DNA of 19,275 nucleotides from Escherichia coli (GTDB lineage Bacteria; Pseudomonadota; Gammaproteobacteria; Enterobacterales; Enterobacteriaceae): NCBI RefSeq assembly GCF_003334335.1, contig NZ_QOWQ01000054.1; one strand, 5' to 3'. Shown piece by piece: positions 17,882 to 19,275 of this stretch (position 1 is its first letter; each line of letters starts with the position of its first letter). The notes under the pieces were generated by a model. It saw only the letters and a program-made list of their open reading frames with translations, ran no database searches and was not told where the DNA came from. The position numbers and the translations under genes were made by a program.

Positions 17882-18907
17882 ATGTGTGTGATTCATAGAC
17901 ATCGTTTCACTATAATACCTCACTATGAACAGGGAAATTGAGCCGCGGCTACAGTGGGTAAAACTCTATGAAACGTCCGGTGATGTAGGATTTGTATGCC
18001 GTCGCTGTGGCATTTCTCGGCCCACATTGCGTAAATGGTGGCGCAGATATCTGGCTCAGGGCATCGCTGGTATGGAAAGCCACAGCCGTCGCCCCAAGCG
18101 TTCACCATCAACGAAAACCGGCACTTGCGAAGTCGCTCTGATTCTGGAGTTACGTTCTCAGCGAAATCTGGGAGCAAGACGTATTCAAATCGAGTTAAAA
18201 CGACTTCATTCAATCTCACTGGCAATAGCAACAATCCACAAAGTCCTTTGCCAGAATCAGGTTAAACCTGTTGTTAAATTTCGGCTTAAAGCTGATTTCA
18301 TTCGCTACGAACGCCCTGTTCCCGGTGATCGGGTTCAGATGGATACCTGTAAAATTGGCCCCGGCTTAAATCAGTACACATCTGCTGATGATTGCACTCG
18401 CTACAGAGTCCTGAGGCTCTACTCTCGTCGCATGGCGGCAAACACACTGGATTTTATTGATTGTGTTATTGAAGAAATGCCTTTCCCGATACAGCGCTTT
18501 CAGACAGACCGGGGAAGAGAATTTTTTGCCGTTAAAGTGCAGGAAAGATTAAAAGAATACGGCATCAAGTTTCGTCCAAATAAGCCAGCGTCGCCTCATC
18601 TTAACGGAAAGGTTGAACGTTCCCAAAAGACAGACAAAGCTGAGTTTTACGCTACCGTAGATCTTTCTGCTGATGACCTGAAGGAACTGCTGGCAGAATG
18701 GCAGCATTACTATAACTGGGAACGTCCTCATAGCGCTCACAACGGTAAAACTCCGATGGAACGCTACTTTGAACTTGCTGAGAAAGCACCATACTCTGAT
18801 GCCGTTCATGCAAACTATCAGCCCAATGAAGAGCATATACAGGAACAGAATTACAAGCTTGAACTTGGACTGAGAAAATTGAAACGATGTCTATGAATCA
18901 TACAAAT
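17882..18907 (+). mobile_element. IS481-family insertion sequence, apparently intact (about 1.03 kb)
   Basis: Terminal inverted repeats ATGTGTGTGATTCATAGACATCGTTTC (17882..17908) and its near-perfect inverted copy (18881..18907) bracket a single 323-aa transposase ORF. The left end abuts the truncated intron A maturase frame. Confidence 0.75.
17925..18896 (+). CDS. IS481-family DDE transposase (N-terminal helix-turn-helix plus integrase-core domain)
   Basis: 323-aa ORF; N-terminal HTH region (FVCRRCGISRPTLRKWWRRY), integrase-core motifs (...RFQTDRGREF..., ...WQHYYNWERPHSAHNGKTPME...); ORF end overlaps the right inverted repeat. Confidence 0.85.
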   Translation: MNREIEPRLQWVKLYETSGDVGFVCRRCGISRPTLRKWWRRYLAQGIAGMESHSRRPKRSPSTKTGTCEVALILELRSQRNLGARRIQIELKRLHSISLAIATIHKVLCQNQVKPVVKFRLKADFIRYERPVPGDRVQMDTCKIGPGLNQYTSADDCTRYRVLRLYSRRMAANTLDFIDCVIEEMPFPIQRFQTDRGREFFAVKVQERLKEYGIKFRPNKPASPHLNGKVERSQKTDKAEFYATVDLSADDLKELLAEWQHYYNWERPHSAHNGKTPMERYFELAEKAPYSDAVHANYQPNEEHIQEQNYKLELGLRKLKRCL

Positions 18908-18914
18908 GTCAGCG

Positions 18915-18934
18915 CCAGTGATATAAGACGGTAA
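18915..18934. repeat. inverted copy of the 20-bp sequence found at 4715..4734
   Basis: CCAGTGATATAAGACGGTAA is the exact reverse complement of 4715..4734; located 7 bp from the right end of the IS481-family element and 40 bp upstream of intron B domain V. Confidence 0.9.
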
Positions 18935-18973
18935 CGGTCAAACATCGTGGCGTTGACACAAATGAGTGAGCAA

Positions 18974-19049
18974 GAGCCGTATGACGCGAGGGTGTCATGT
19001 ACGGTTCCGTGAGCAGCCGGGGGGGGAAATTCTCTCCGGCTGACTCGAC
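18974..19049 (+). ncRNA. group II intron remnant (intron B): domain V, domain VI and 3' splice site
   Basis: 18974..19007 reads GAGCCGTATGACGCGAGGGTGTCATGTACGGTTC, a canonical domain V (AGC triad, 2-nt bulge, tetraloop). 19011..19020 (GAGCAGCCGG) pairs with 19036..19046 (CCGGCTGACTC), leaving a single bulged A at 19043, seven nt before a predicted intron end ...CTCGAC at 19049. Sequence differs from intron A domain V, so this is a second intron. Confidence 0.75.
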
Positions 19050-19201
19050 TCGCAGTTTCTGACAGCGGTGGCGAACATGCGGCGGTGTTGTACTCGCTGA
19101 TCGGTACATGCCGTCTAAACAATGTGGAACCAGAAAAATGGCTGCATTACGTCATTGAACATATCCAAGACTGGCCGACAAACCGGGTACGCGATCTGTG
19201 A
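19050..19201 (+). pseudogene. tnpC: IS66-family transposase (tnpC) C-terminal fragment, continuing the gene interrupted at about 12246
   Basis: Translation from 19052: AVSDSGGEHAAVLYSLIGTCRLNNVEPEKWLHYVIEHIQDWPTNRVRDL, stop at 19199..19201; matches the conserved IS66 TnpC C-terminus (...AGSDSGGERAA..YSLIGTCRLNNVEPEKWL.YVIEHIQDWP.NRVRDL) as I recall it and begins within a few codons of where the upstream fragment stops. Confidence 0.78.
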
Positions 19202-19275
19202 TCCTACCCACGTAATATGGACACAGGCCTAAGCGAGGTTCTTGTTTTCAAATTGTTCCGGACTGAGGCCGCCAC

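Noticed and set aside
18898-19122. ORFs 18898..19122 and 18909..19109 (-)
   Set aside because: Antisense to intron B domain V/VI and to the IS66 tnpC C-terminal fragment; no features.
1-19275. CRISPR arrays, rRNA or tRNA genes
   Set aside because: No regularly spaced direct repeats and no sequence resembling tRNA or rRNA was recognised anywhere in the window.

Overview
This 19.3-kb window is a mosaic, horizontally acquired virulence region of the type carried on enteroaggregative E. coli (EAEC) pAA-like plasmids or islands; the host assignment is an inference from gene content. All protein identifications rest on motif recognition from memory, not on database searches. Left to right: (1) the left end of an IS150 copy (1-304) that truncates (2) a decaying salmochelin locus: iroN 3' fragment (+), iroE (-, frameshifted in a homopolymer), iroD (-, apparently intact) and a 5'-truncated, frameshifted iroC remnant (-), with iroB absent. 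(3) An AT-rich region precedes a four-gene chaperone-usher fimbrial operon of the Afa/Dr-AAF type (chaperone, usher, AfaD/AggB-like subunit, pilin). (4) A dispersin (Aap/CexE-family) gene follows. (5) Abutting remnants of an IS481-like transposase and an IS66-family tnpC come next. (6) A complete aatPABCD-like operon follows (MacB/FtsX-like permease, TolC-like outer membrane protein, adaptor-like protein, ABC ATPase, Lnt-like N-acyltransferase). (7) The 3' remnants of two different group II introns, in opposite orientation, flank an intact IS481-family IS. (8) The C-terminal end of the same IS66 tnpC resumes. The most unusual structure is that the IS66 tnpC gene is interrupted at essentially one point by about 6.8 kb carrying the aat operon, with a group II intron 3' splice site as the right junction and no evident target-site duplication. 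No aggR-like regulator, rRNA, tRNA or CRISPR array was recognised.
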